Positions 48,137 through 57,561 of a DNA stretch of 64,000 nucleotides are shown here, in pieces. The notes under the pieces were generated by a model that worked only from the letters and a program-made list of their open reading frames with translations, ran no database searches and had not been told where the DNA came from. A program made the translations under genes and the position numbers. How positions within the stretch are numbered: the stretch's first letter is position 1; every line of letters starts with the position of its first letter. The stretch is from positions 1 through 64,000 of IMG/VR virus record IMGVR_UViG_3300013121_000024, one strand, 5' to 3'. This stretch comes from a virus (taxonomy: Duplodnaviria; Caudoviricetes).

Positions 48137-49207
48137 TTATTTTGTTACCTTTAGAATAATAGTGTTCTTGTTCATCCGGCCATTTACCACAACCGGTTTG
48201 GTACGCAAGGATTGCCAAATTTTATTTTCCTCACGCTTTCCAGACTTCACCATTGCACCGAGGACCAGGTGAGGTTTGCGGAGACGCTTACAAACAGACT
48301 CCTTACCAAACCCGATGACGGTGGTACCCTTTACACTCAGTCCACCAGACACCTCAGCCTGTAGCTTAGTCAGTTTCTTATAACGAGTGTTATACAACCA
48401 AACTACGGTTGCACCAACAATCTTCTCCGGACTGACCGAGGTAATTTTGAGGTCGCGGTTTGCGACCTCAAACTGTACCTTTTTGGTAAGTTGACCGGCC
48501 GACTTCACTTTGACCTTCCGGGGCTTCCGGGGCTTCTTTGGAATGCTCTCGGACGAGCCTCCAAGTGTCTCCAGGTGCTTCACCAGACGGTCAACATAAG
48601 TCACGTAAGCCTTGCGTTCCTTGGGTCGGACTCGCGTGTATCCCTCATTGGAGGTCAGGACCTCCTTATGAAGTTGCTTATAATACTCCACGGCGGCCGC
48701 AACGTCGGCTTTGGTGACACCAGAACTCAACTTATAGTCTTCCACTACCGGTCCGGTCTTGTATTTGGAACCGTAAAACTGGTCCAAATACTCATCCAAG
48801 TCGGCAATCACCAGGTTTTCACGGTGCGTGACCCCCTGAAGCTTGGTTACCTTGGCCTTGACGACAAGTGCCGGAACAACCAAGTCCGCCAGCTTGGATT
48901 TAAACGACTTGACAAGTGTGGTGGGCAACTTGATTCCGTTGGTCAGCATTCGGGCAACCGAACACACAAACATCGGAACCTTGTCCTTCTGGAACAGTTG
49001 GACCTGCTCCTTTGTGTAACCAGTTTGCGTCATGTACTGGACTACCCACTTCACCCCATCCTTGGGTTCATAGAAGTGAGAATACCAGTTGAGAGCCTTG
49101 ACAACAGAGACAGGATCCGAACCATGGACCCAATCCTTTGAAGGCTCCGAACCATACACCTTGAGATCAGGGTTGGTTCTAGATACTGCCATCGCTTTTA
49201 TCTTCAT
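48137..49207 (-). CDS. Conserved basic early protein of T4-like phages
   Basis: YG.EP, ALNWY, SV.P.KIVGA..VW.YNT.YKKL, L.VKGTT..GF, LRKP, NGR.N..TI.LK motifs. Start placed after the promoter at 49217-49245. Confidence 0.75.
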   Translation of the reverse strand: MKIKAMAVSRTNPDLKVYGSEPSKDWVHGSDPVSVVKALNWYSHFYEPKDGVKWVVQYMTQTGYTKEQVQLFQKDKVPMFVCSVARMLTNGIKLPTTLVKSFKSKLADLVVPALVVKAKVTKLQGVTHRENLVIADLDEYLDQFYGSKYKTGPVVEDYKLSSGVTKADVAAAVEYYKQLHKEVLTSNEGYTRVRPKERKAYVTYVDRLVKHLETLGGSSESIPKKPRKPRKVKVKSAGQLTKKVQFEVANRDLKITSVSPEKIVGATVVWLYNTRYKKLTKLQAEVSGGLSVKGTTVIGFGKESVCKRLRKPHLVLGAMVKSGKREENKIWQSLRTKPVVVNGRMNKNTIILKVTK

Positions 49208-49216
49208 AGTTTTTAG

Positions 49217-49245
49217 ATGGTAGTCGGTCCATATCTCAGTGTCAA
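49217..49245 (-). promoter_or_regulatory. Sigma70-like early promoter
   Basis: TTGACA-N17-TACCAT. Confidence 0.7.
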
Positions 49246-49280
49246 CCTCTAAATTTATCAAGGAATTCAACACACTATCC

Positions 49281-50306
49281 CTAGATCACAGTATACTCAA
49301 ACATTCCTCCATCGGAACCTTCGGGTATTGATCTATCGGAAACAGTTTCTTTTAGATGTTTTAACAGGTGCATCCACTTTATTTTTTGTGTATTCCAATC
49401 GTGTGTCAAATCGGCATATGTTTTTGTTGTTTGTACAGCACCTAATACTTTATTTTCCTTGATTAAAGGAATAATCATATCCATATTATGATATAGTATT
49501 TCTGCATGTTTTGAAAGATCCTCATGAAGGTCATACATTTGTGTTAAACCACCAGAAGTTTCTGGTAACGCGGCATAATTTGAATGAACACAAAGATTTC
49601 CCGCTGACATTGCCTCAATAAGAGAAAGACATGAGGTTTCTGCCCAAATTGAAGGATATGCAAATATGTGTGATTTTTTAAGTTCTTCACGAATATTATC
49701 ATTGGTTGTATGTCCATGATAATTCATATTTTCCGATCTCTTAATTTCATCAAAAAGATTCATGTATTGTTCATCCCTTTGATGCCACCCGTATATTCCA
49801 AAGGAAGAGTAGACGTCGAGTTTAATTTCTGGATATTTTTCTGTTAGTTTTTTTACCACTGGAATAAGTATGTTTAATCCTCGGTGCGGTGTTGTGTGGT
49901 AAATTAGTTTAATAGGATCACCGGGTTTAAACTTAAATTTGTCTTCAACTTTAACATCTATGGGATAAATTCCATTCGAAATTACGGCAGTTTTTGACCA
50001 CGGAATACCAAAGGTTTGTACATATGCATCTCGTTGCCAGTGCGACACAAATACAATCTTGTGAAATTTGGCCCAGCCACCATCGGAAAGATGTGCTGAT
50101 TCCGTATCATTGGGAAGATCATGCACCCAATAAACACGAATCTTATCGGGTTCCAGTGGTTTCCTTAATCTCGAAACAACAATATGTAAATCCGATAAAA
50201 TCTCTGGAGGCAAGGAATTTATCAACCTTTCGGTCATTAATTCACTTCCACCGGCCGAGTTAGCATTTAATTCATTGCGTTCAATTACGCCATTAATAAT
50301 ATCCAT
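49281..50306 (-). CDS. GT-B (family 4-like) glycosyltransferase
   Basis: GGSE, WVHD, FVS.WQ, Y.TTPHRGL, YPS.W.ETSC...IEAMSAG motifs. Confidence 0.88.
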   Translation of the reverse strand: MDIINGVIERNELNANSAGGSELMTERLINSLPPEILSDLHIVVSRLRKPLEPDKIRVYWVHDLPNDTESAHLSDGGWAKFHKIVFVSHWQRDAYVQTFGIPWSKTAVISNGIYPIDVKVEDKFKFKPGDPIKLIYHTTPHRGLNILIPVVKKLTEKYPEIKLDVYSSFGIYGWHQRDEQYMNLFDEIKRSENMNYHGHTTNDNIREELKKSHIFAYPSIWAETSCLSLIEAMSAGNLCVHSNYAALPETSGGLTQMYDLHEDLSKHAEILYHNMDMIIPLIKENKVLGAVQTTKTYADLTHDWNTQKIKWMHLLKHLKETVSDRSIPEGSDGGMFEYTVI

Positions 50307-50307
50307 A

Positions 50308-50568
50308 TTATTTACTCACCACCTTATACGATTCCACCGAGTCATTTTTGAAACTTCTCCAAGCATTTTTCTCCAAGTCCCAAACCTGTGTTACATGAGG
50401 AGATGTTCGCCGTGGAGTGCTGTCTTTAGTATTAGTTACTGGAGGCAAATGAGATTTCATTAATGTGCAATGCATCACTCTCATTTCACCATTTTGTTTT
50501 CTGAATTCTACTTCCACGATATTTTCAGAAAGCAATTCTTTCAATTCTAATTGATATTTTGTATACAT
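50308..50568 (-). CDS. WYL_2/SH3-fold protein (DUF2693-like)
   Basis: V.F.K.NGE.R.M.CTL and VWDLEKNAWRSF motifs. Confidence 0.8.
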   Translation of the reverse strand: MYTKYQLELKELLSENIVEVEFRKQNGEMRVMHCTLMKSHLPPVTNTKDSTPRRTSPHVTQVWDLEKNAWRSFKNDSVESYKVVSK

Positions 50569-50583
50569 AATCTAGTATCCTTG

Positions 50584-50841
50584 TTAAGAGGCCAATGATA
50601 ATTTGGCGGATGGTAGAATTTCTTTATTGATATAGAGTAACAATTCCTCATATCCACCAAAATATTTAGATTCTTTTTCTATGATAGGTAACATTTTTAT
50701 GTTTGGATGTTTTGTGAGAACGTCATTTCTGGGAATGTCCTTGTCAATAATTAATTCCTTAAAGGAGATTTTGTATCTTTGTAAGAGGGCCTTGGATTGG
50801 TCGCATCGGATACAGCCTGGACGAGATATAACATTAAACAT
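50584..50841 (-). CDS. Glutaredoxin
   Basis: GCIRC active site, LP.I and FGGYEEL motifs. Confidence 0.8.
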   Translation of the reverse strand: MFNVISRPGCIRCDQSKALLQRYKISFKELIIDKDIPRNDVLTKHPNIKMLPIIEKESKYFGGYEELLLYINKEILPSAKLSLAS

Positions 50842-51085
50842 TCTTTTTTTTCTCCTTTTTTTTGAACGATTCCCAGTGTTCACACAACCAACCTGGTTTT
50901 ACAACAAGGTAGCCATTTTTACCCTTATTGTCAAGTGCCTTTTCTCCCTGTGAATTTACCAATAGACGACAAATACTCAATGGGTTGTAATAAAAAAAAC
51001 AGTTACCACAACACGATTCATTGGCTGTGGTAACTGCATTATTTATGATATCTTGAACCTGTAGTACTGTATTGGAACTGTGCAT
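50834..51085 (-). CDS. Cys-rich hypothetical protein
   Basis: C.NC.F...C...V...WLC.HW pattern. Confidence 0.5.
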   Translation of the reverse strand: MHSSNTVLQVQDIINNAVTTANESCCGNCFFYYNPLSICRLLVNSQGEKALDNKGKNGYLVVKPGWLCEHWESFKKKEKKKNV

Positions 51086-51133
51086 GTATGTTTATTGTTG
51101 TTTTCCTTTCAACACCTGTAAATATATTTTTTT

Positions 51134-51826
51134 TCAGTCAACGTAGGTGTGTTTGTACACCAAAAAGTCATTATCTGGAATTGCGCGAATGCCGTCCACG
51201 ACGGCGGACAAACAACCATTACAAGGATAATATCCATATGATGCATATTTCAAAAGTCGTCTCAAAATGGCAACTCCATATTTCACCTTATGCAATACTA
51301 ACCTTTTTTTGGCAATATCATGGAGAGTGAATTCTCCTGTGACAATGTGGCCTGTATATGGATCTAATGCAATTTGTGAAATGGTGAAATCGAAATCATC
51401 AAATAATTCTGTTATACTGTTATAATAATTAATGGATATTAACTGAATTTCGAATTTTTGTAGGTTTTCGGTCTTAGTAAAAGTTGAAGCATGTGGTTTT
51501 ACACTATTTTCTTCCCAGTTATTATATAGAAGAAGTTCACGCATTTCATTAAATGTCTTTTCATCAGAAAAAAATAAATCAATATCACCATTCTTTAAAG
51601 GTGAATTTTCCACAATTCTTCTCCAGAATCCACCAGCAAAATAAATAGTACCTTCTGAAGCTTTTATGGTGTTTCTAATCTCGTCAATAAATCCGTTGGT
51701 TGATCCGTCTTTGAACTTTAATCGCAAATTCGATAAAGTGTTCCAGTACTTTTCATTGTCAGAATTCTTTACTAGAAATCTTTTAAGGAATTCATCAAAA
51801 TTAAATGTAACAATATTCACCGACAT
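51134..51826 (-). CDS. Pol-beta nucleotidyltransferase (CCA/poly(A) polymerase head-like)
   Basis: AGG..R, DIDLFF, FDFTI.Q and R..KY...GY motifs. Confidence 0.8.
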   Translation of the reverse strand: MSVNIVTFNFDEFLKRFLVKNSDNEKYWNTLSNLRLKFKDGSTNGFIDEIRNTIKASEGTIYFAGGFWRRIVENSPLKNGDIDLFFSDEKTFNEMRELLLYNNWEENSVKPHASTFTKTENLQKFEIQLISINYYNSITELFDDFDFTISQIALDPYTGHIVTGEFTLHDIAKKRLVLHKVKYGVAILRRLLKYASYGYYPCNGCLSAVVDGIRAIPDNDFLVYKHTYVD

Positions 51827-52035
51827 TATTTATTCCTTTTCATGTAATTGCGTAAAGATTGATGTATGTCTCCATTGGTCAAGATTCCACGTTTTTTATA
51901 ACCACGAGGATCAAATAGGTCTAATGCACGATATACAGCTTTTATAGGAGTTAAAGTTTCATTACCCTCTTCAGAGAGTATTCTGCCTATCATTTCCATA
52001 ATTTCTTTTTGCAAGTCCGTCATAATATACCTCAT
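51826..52035 (-). CDS. Hypothetical protein
   Basis: ORF in a tight operon. Confidence 0.5.
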   Translation of the reverse strand: MRYIMTDLQKEIMEMIGRILSEEGNETLTPIKAVYRALDLFDPRGYKKRGILTNGDIHQSLRNYMKRNK

Positions 52036-52265
52036 ACTAATTCATCAGGATCCAATCCATAACGAGAACACAATTGAGTTGAAAATGTGCTACCCAAGGC
52101 AAAAACATCCATCACATGCACCCAGCGAGGATGTTTTTGCCTTTTGTTTTTGCGAGGAGACCTACAATTGGTCACGGCCCTCTTTAGAAGAACGTCATCT
52201 GCTATTGAATTAACAGTTAATTCATCTGGTATAATTCTAAATACCGAAATCATTTCAGACTCCAT
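52032..52265 (-). CDS. Hypothetical protein
   Basis: PRW..V...F..GST....LC..YGLDPD small phage family pattern. Confidence 0.55.
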   Translation of the reverse strand: MESEMISVFRIIPDELTVNSIADDVLLKRAVTNCRSPRKNKRQKHPRWVHVMDVFALGSTFSTQLCSRYGLDPDELV

Positions 52266-52789
52266 TTTTCAAACACCTCTTCCACACTAATCGGTTTATA
52301 ACCGATTCTTTCTACAGAAAGGTTGATATACCTGGGGTCTCCAACATCTTTCTCGTGTATATGACCATGCAAATTCACAGAATTTTTTCGAAATTGGAAT
52401 TCGAATTCGTGTAGTGGATAGTGCGACAAAATGAACCTGGTTTCCTTTCCCAGAAATTCTTCCATGTACCTTGTGGAATACACGGCTTTAAAATATTTTC
52501 TGTATACTTTTACATCTAGTGTATCATGATTACCAAGCAACAAAGTTTTGTGACCATTCAGTCTCGGCATTACCGCATGTAATACACCTTGCTTGAAACA
52601 TACATCACCAAGATGATACACCTTGTCCATGGGAGATACAACCGAATTCCAGTTGGAGATCATAGTTTCATCCATATCTTCCACAGAGGAAAATCCAGGA
52701 CGCACAAGTGTGCCGTCCTGTTGTTTAAAATTTAGGATGTTCGCATAGCCAAAATGTGTATCACTCACAAAAAATGTTTTTTGTGTCAT
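52250..52789 (-). CDS. Calcineurin-like metallophosphoesterase
   Basis: SDTHFG, HLGD, GNHD, HYP and HGHIH motifs. Confidence 0.88.
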   Translation of the reverse strand: MTQKTFFVSDTHFGYANILNFKQQDGTLVRPGFSSVEDMDETMISNWNSVVSPMDKVYHLGDVCFKQGVLHAVMPRLNGHKTLLLGNHDTLDVKVYRKYFKAVYSTRYMEEFLGKETRFILSHYPLHEFEFQFRKNSVNLHGHIHEKDVGDPRYINLSVERIGYKPISVEEVFEKWSLK

Positions 52790-53022
52790 AAAATAATTCC
52801 CATTACCTTTGCAAGATCCTCGTCCACAAATGGTGAGATACGACACTTTTTCATTATTAGTGCGGGAAATCTTTCCCCTTTAGTATAGGCAAATTGGGGG
52901 TTTTTATCTAATAGACAATCGGCCTCCATTTCAGTTTCAAAATAACCCACCGTTTCTTTAAACGTGATATTGCGCAGTGGGTTACCTTCTAGTGTAACTT
53001 TCCATAACATGTACATGTTCAT
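52786..53022 (-). CDS. Hypothetical protein
   Basis: ORF coupled to its neighbours. Confidence 0.5.
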   Translation of the reverse strand: MNMYMLWKVTLEGNPLRNITFKETVGYFETEMEADCLLDKNPQFAYTKGERFPALIMKKCRISPFVDEDLAKVMGIIL

Positions 53023-53870
53023 ACCTCAAATCTCTTTAGTTCGAACCTGGAATATATTGGTTCCATAGGATATCCTAATGGGTTACTAAGACATCTGGTA
53101 TTACCAATAATGACGTCCATTGGACTGTGTGTATGTCCCGAGATCCAATGTGTAATATTGTTCTTTTCAACCAACCAATTTACATAATCTGTATAATAAG
53201 CCGCATCCAATATACTTGGACCGTAACTGTTATTAAGTGCAAATTGTGTAATTGGATGATGTGTAATTACCACCATTTTACCAGTTTCGCCAGTTACCAT
53301 CTTGATATAATTCCAAGAAAACCTGTGCTCACCTACTGTAAAAAGTGGTGTAATACACGCCTGGGCATGTGCCAACCTATGGTTGTGCCTTTCTGTGTAT
53401 GTAAGCTCAATTGGATCCTTTAGTAATATCAGATTATAATCCATCATGCTACGTTCTGCATGGTACATTGCCAGTGGATTTTCATTATTAAAGGAAGTCC
53501 AAAGTGTGGATCCAACAAATGTAATATCACCGATTTTTACGGTATCATTATCTAATATTACCCAATTATCAGCATATTGGTTGACAAACCCGCGCATAAT
53601 TTCTTTTGTTTGTCCGAATAAACCGTGATAATGCTCATGGTTTCCCATAACAAACAATACCTTGTTATATCCTTTTGTGGACTCGATAAACTTTTTGGTC
53701 CTGGCCTGTACCTTTCTGCTAGATGCATCGGTCTTATTCTGTGTAAGACGATGTGGCAGGGTAATATCACCTGCAAGAACCAAAACATCACCAGAACCAA
53801 TACCACCTTTTATCCTGGGCGTTCCGAATTCTAGATGCAGGTCACTGCAATATGTTACATTAAGAGTCAT
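53019..53870 (-). CDS. Calcineurin-like metallophosphoesterase
   Basis: SDLHLE, LAGD, GNHE, THH, GHTH and NP.GY motifs. Confidence 0.9.
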   Translation of the reverse strand: MTLNVTYCSDLHLEFGTPRIKGGIGSGDVLVLAGDITLPHRLTQNKTDASSRKVQARTKKFIESTKGYNKVLFVMGNHEHYHGLFGQTKEIMRGFVNQYADNWVILDNDTVKIGDITFVGSTLWTSFNNENPLAMYHAERSMMDYNLILLKDPIELTYTERHNHRLAHAQACITPLFTVGEHRFSWNYIKMVTGETGKMVVITHHPITQFALNNSYGPSILDAAYYTDYVNWLVEKNNITHWISGHTHSPMDVIIGNTRCLSNPLGYPMEPIYSRFELKRFEV

Positions 53871-53903
53871 AATTTGAGTACGGTAAACGAACCGTCCTTC
53901 CTG

Positions 53904-54047
53904 TCAATCGATCAATAGTTGTACGTCAATTTTACTACTACCTTCAGTTACAGAACACTTCTTGCATTCCTTCACATCTGGTGAATATACAGTTTTACAA
54001 ATAGGACATTGCCAACCAGATGGAGATTGGTCCTTTTTTTCTTCCAT
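53904..54047 (-). CDS. Small Zn-ribbon protein
   Basis: Manual translation ...GWQCPICKTVYSPDVKECKKC... Confidence 0.55.
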   Translation of the reverse strand: MEEKKDQSPSGWQCPICKTVYSPDVKECKKCSVTEGSSKIDVQLLID

Positions 54048-55084
54048 TAAAAAACTCCTAGTTTATTTTTGGTTGCCGATATATCATCTCGATTAAAAAT
54101 TTTTCCAAGTGAATAATTAGTTTTTTTATCCAATGGAGGAAGATTATTATCCTCGACAACTTTATTGGCTTCATCAAAGGTCAAATTTCGAAAATCTACC
54201 ACATCAAAACATCTTCCTGGACGAATGATAGCATCATCAAATTTGGAAAGTTGTGTGATATTTGTGGTAAAAATGATCTTTTTGTTCGGCGCCTTAATCA
54301 AACCGTCGGATGCGTTAAGAAGTTTACTCATCACCCTGTTGCTATCATTTTCCCGTGATTTTAGGAAATCGTCCGCATCTTCGATAACAAGCAATGATGA
54401 ATTGTTACTAAACATCCAATTTATGAAAAAAGAATCCTTGAGGATCATACTTTCATCAAATGTAATTGTGGTCTTTAACCTACGTGTGTAAATAAGGTGT
54501 TTGATGAAACTGGTCTTTCCTCCCCCAGGAGGACCCATGAGAATAAGAACATTAGACTCTGAAGCCAGGTATCGATCAATAAAATTTTCAATTCCCCCTT
54601 TTATGTACGGATGATGACTATCATATACCTTTTTAACGGAGTTCAATTCCATGGGATATTCTGAACCACCATAAGAATTCGTGTTATACACCCATGTAAT
54701 GAGTGCATCACGTACCATTCCACCCTGATCTAGTTTTTTTACAATGTGTTCGATTATCTCTTTAGAACCATTCATCTCAATGGTTATCAGATCATTGTCG
54801 TCAATATACACATGAATAAAAACTACAGGGTTGTACATGATGGTGTGATTTGCTGAGAACGCTTCCAGGGTTTTTCCATATGGTTCACAGGAATTCAAAA
54901 ATTCAATTACATCATCCGACCGTGAATTCTTCAATTCTATACGCCTGAAAAAGAGATTTCCCTGATATCCGGCAATAAATTCTGCCTTTCTAATCCACAC
55001 AAAATCCTGGTCACGTTCTACGTTTATCCGTGCTCCTACACCCATAAACGGTTTTGGAATTGAAAATTTATTATTTTGCCACAT
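54047..55084 (-). CDS. AAA+ ATPase
   Basis: GPPGGGKT, VIEDAD, LLN.SDG, FTTN and RPGRCFD motifs. Confidence 0.9.
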   Translation of the reverse strand: MWQNNKFSIPKPFMGVGARINVERDQDFVWIRKAEFIAGYQGNLFFRRIELKNSRSDDVIEFLNSCEPYGKTLEAFSANHTIMYNPVVFIHVYIDDNDLITIEMNGSKEIIEHIVKKLDQGGMVRDALITWVYNTNSYGGSEYPMELNSVKKVYDSHHPYIKGGIENFIDRYLASESNVLILMGPPGGGKTSFIKHLIYTRRLKTTITFDESMILKDSFFINWMFSNNSSLLVIEDADDFLKSRENDSNRVMSKLLNASDGLIKAPNKKIIFTTNITQLSKFDDAIIRPGRCFDVVDFRNLTFDEANKVVEDNNLPPLDKKTNYSLGKIFNRDDISATKNKLGVF

Positions 55085-55116
55085 GATGAAAAAGTCCCTT
55101 AAATCAATTTGTTTGA

Positions 55117-55947
55117 TCAGACCAATTTATTCAGTGCCACTGGTCCATAATAAGTAACATACTTCAAATCCAATTCTTTAATATTCCGTTCAACGGCACG
55201 TTTTTTGGTTCCTCCGACATATTCAACCATAAGAACAAGTTTATTTTCTTTCGTAAAACGATTTAGGTTTTCGATGGCATATTGTGAGTCTTCCTTAGAC
55301 ACCTTTGTGCCATCATTCTCATAAAAGGTGTTTTCTTTTCCGATACCATCAACTGCCGCAAGGTATTCTGGAATTTCAGCCATCTCCTCGGCATTTTGAG
55401 GAATTACCAAGAAATTGGGGTTTTTGTTTTTTACATATTCACTAACACTTATGATATATTTGGACATTAGAAATTTCAGTTCTTCACTACCACCTAGGTC
55501 CTGGTAAGCATCCACTTTATCAATATAAATGCCATCAAATCCGGCGGATAATACCCTGTCCAATATAGCCTTTGTTATATCTTGCCAGTCTGGGTGCCAC
55601 CAATCCTTGATGGTATAATTACCAGGCCAATCTGGATTAGATTTTCCAAGCCACTTAGGTTGGTTCTTTTTCCAATTATTATTCCAATACCATCGATAGT
55701 CCTCGGCTTCTCCAAGAGAAATATATGCAATAATTAATTTCCTCTTACCAGAAGGACTTTCCTTCATATGATCCACATCGGACTTAGAAAAAGGCTCCCC
55801 ATTACTGTCATCCGTGTCGGTAACTATTAAATCATACTCGGAATTATAGATTTTTTCTACTACAGGTCCGTTAATATAGTAACCCCACGAATTCACCTGT
55901 GGTCGTTTGGAATTAAACCTTAATATATTCAAAATTTTATTAAACAT
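55117..55947 (-). CDS. GH114 / TIGR01370-type endo-alpha-1,4-polygalactosaminidase-like hydrolase
   Basis: IAYISLGEAEDYR.YW, NP.WPGNY, GFDGIYID.VD, PQN, GIGKE and VEY motifs. Confidence 0.85.
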   Translation of the reverse strand: MFNKILNILRFNSKRPQVNSWGYYINGPVVEKIYNSEYDLIVTDTDDSNGEPFSKSDVDHMKESPSGKRKLIIAYISLGEAEDYRWYWNNNWKKNQPKWLGKSNPDWPGNYTIKDWWHPDWQDITKAILDRVLSAGFDGIYIDKVDAYQDLGGSEELKFLMSKYIISVSEYVKNKNPNFLVIPQNAEEMAEIPEYLAAVDGIGKENTFYENDGTKVSKEDSQYAIENLNRFTKENKLVLMVEYVGGTKKRAVERNIKELDLKYVTYYGPVALNKLV

Positions 55948-56096
55948 GTGGAGTCCCTTTTTCTTGTTGTTATATGGACACTATATAGTTACTTTTTAGA
56001 CTTTAATTTCCTGGCTTTTCTCTTTGAACTTCCAACTTTCCGGCGACCTTTGCGGGGACGATTTTTACGTTCATGCATTCTTGTCACTCCTTCTTT

Positions 56097-56279
56097 TTAT
56101 AATTCTTCTCTGACTTCTTTTTTCAGGGCCAGTTTAACACGATGCCGAGCCGCTGTTTTCCCGTGGTTAAAGTTGCTTTTTCCAGAATTATGCTTGCTAT
56201 AGCGACCCTGACAACACGGGCATCGCCGCAATATTTTGAATTCACCATGCAGAGGTTTCATATTTCTATTTCCTAGCAT
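56097..56279 (-). CDS. Small basic Cys-containing protein
   Basis: MKP.G....CPCC...K..AR...K pattern. Confidence 0.45.
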   Translation of the reverse strand: MLGNRNMKPLHGEFKILRRCPCCQGRYSKHNSGKSNFNHGKTAARHRVKLALKKEVREEL

Positions 56280-56418
56280 TAAATAACAACTGATTTAATA
56301 CTAACCATATCATGGTCTGTTGGTATAGGCAAACCACCAAAAATGGCAACGGATACAACGGCATGCAATTTCTCCCTATGATATTATCATGGTATTATTT
56401 AGGAGAAATTGATGTTCC

Positions 56419-57033
56419 TCACGTATTGAGTATCGGATTTAGATCACAAGGTGTGTAAAATGGGCCTTTGAGTATTTTTCCATCTTCCCTATAGATAGGC
56501 CGGCCATCTTCGCCCAGTTTGGACATATTTGACCTGTGCACTTCTGCGAAACATTTTTCAAGATCAATCCGTTCTTGATTTGTGTAAATAAAGCATTTAC
56601 GAATCATTGTTTCTAAAGGAAGGCGTAATGCAACTGGATCTTGTATTCCATTTATTTGTTGGTCCTGTATTTCTTTATGTAAATTTTCATTACAATTAAG
56701 GAGGTCGGTAAAAAATCCAACATCACTAAAATATATCATATTGTGTGTGAAGCTATTAGGCAATACTCTTAAAGGTATACCAAAAGCAATTCCAAATCCA
56801 TAAAGAACGTATAGTAAATCACAAATTTCTTTTACCAATTCAGGCCGGCCTTCATTTAATCCAGCTTTAATTACTTCCAATAGTTCTTCATTAATAAGCC
56901 GGACTCTTAATCCCATCAATTCAGGATTATTTAAGTCCGGCCTGTCAAAATCACCAATATCTGAATTAAATACTTTTTGGAATTCCATGACGGAATTCCA
57001 AAATATATTATTCGGCAATTCAAGATTTTTCAT
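56419..57033 (-). CDS. MazG-like / PRA-PH-type NTP pyrophosphatase
   Basis: LR..LI.EE..E, KE..DLLYV.YG, F.EVHRSNMSKLG.DG.PIYREDGK.LKGP.Y motifs. Confidence 0.85.
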   Translation of the reverse strand: MKNLELPNNIFWNSVMEFQKVFNSDIGDFDRPDLNNPELMGLRVRLINEELLEVIKAGLNEGRPELVKEICDLLYVLYGFGIAFGIPLRVLPNSFTHNMIYFSDVGFFTDLLNCNENLHKEIQDQQINGIQDPVALRLPLETMIRKCFIYTNQERIDLEKCFAEVHRSNMSKLGEDGRPIYREDGKILKGPFYTPCDLNPILNT

Positions 57034-57186
57034 TAATTAATATGTACCTCTCAAATTTTTGAAGGTGAACAGACGACAACATATTACACTACTAGCCGCA
57101 GCCAATCCAATCACGGATGCTATAACTGGCACCAGTGCAATGATCATAATGACAATCTGTTGCATGTGATTATCCTTTTTTTAGAA

Positions 57187-57261
57187 TGGAGCTCTAGTCC
57201 GGTTACGATCCGGAGTCTCCTCCTTACCAAGGAGGTATCTTAGCCATTGGACCACAAGAGC
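57187..57261 (-). tRNA. tRNA-Thr(GGT)
   Basis: Cloverleaf, anticodon arm CCTCC-TTGGTAA-GGAGG, encoded CCA. Confidence 0.85.
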
Positions 57262-57263
57262 AA

Positions 57264-57337
57264 TGGAACGGAATCCGGGTACTGCCCCCGAGCTTGAAGT
57301 GTGGCACACTCCCGTACTGCTATTATACTAATTCCGC
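57264..57337 (-). tRNA. tRNA-Gly(GCC)
   Basis: GCGGAAT acceptor, loop GTGCCAC, CCA. Atypical T loop. Confidence 0.75.
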
Positions 57338-57338
57338 A

Positions 57339-57415
57339 TGGAGATTCCAGCAGGATTTGAACCCGCAACCCTCTGGTTCGAAGCCAGATACTCTATCCGG
57401 TTGAGCTATGGAACC
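57339..57415 (-). tRNA. tRNA-Arg(TCG)
   Basis: TCTGG-CTTCGAA-CCAGA, GGTTCAAATCC, CCA. Confidence 0.9.
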
Positions 57416-57423
57416 ATGTTAGT

Positions 57424-57431
57424 TATTTATA
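57424..57431 (-). promoter_or_regulatory. Late promoter TATAAATA upstream of the Arg/Gly/Thr tRNAs
   Basis: Exact motif about 9 nt before tRNA-Arg(TCG). Confidence 0.55.
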
Positions 57432-57468
57432 TAATGTGCCAGTGAGTACCAGCACTATATATTCCTAA

Positions 57469-57544
57469 TGGCGGCGCTAGGGGGACTCGAACCCCCATGA
57501 TCCCTTACGGTATCATGTTTAGGAGACATGGCCGATATAGCGCT
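57469..57544 (-). tRNA. D-arm-less tRNA-like gene, anticodon CCT (Arg AGG)
   Basis: AGCGCTA-TATCGGC-CATGT-CTCCTAA-ACATG-long variable region-GGGGG TTCGAGT CCCCC-TAGCGCC-G-CCA. Confidence 0.7.
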
Positions 57545-57561
57545 ATAACTAAAAATCAATA

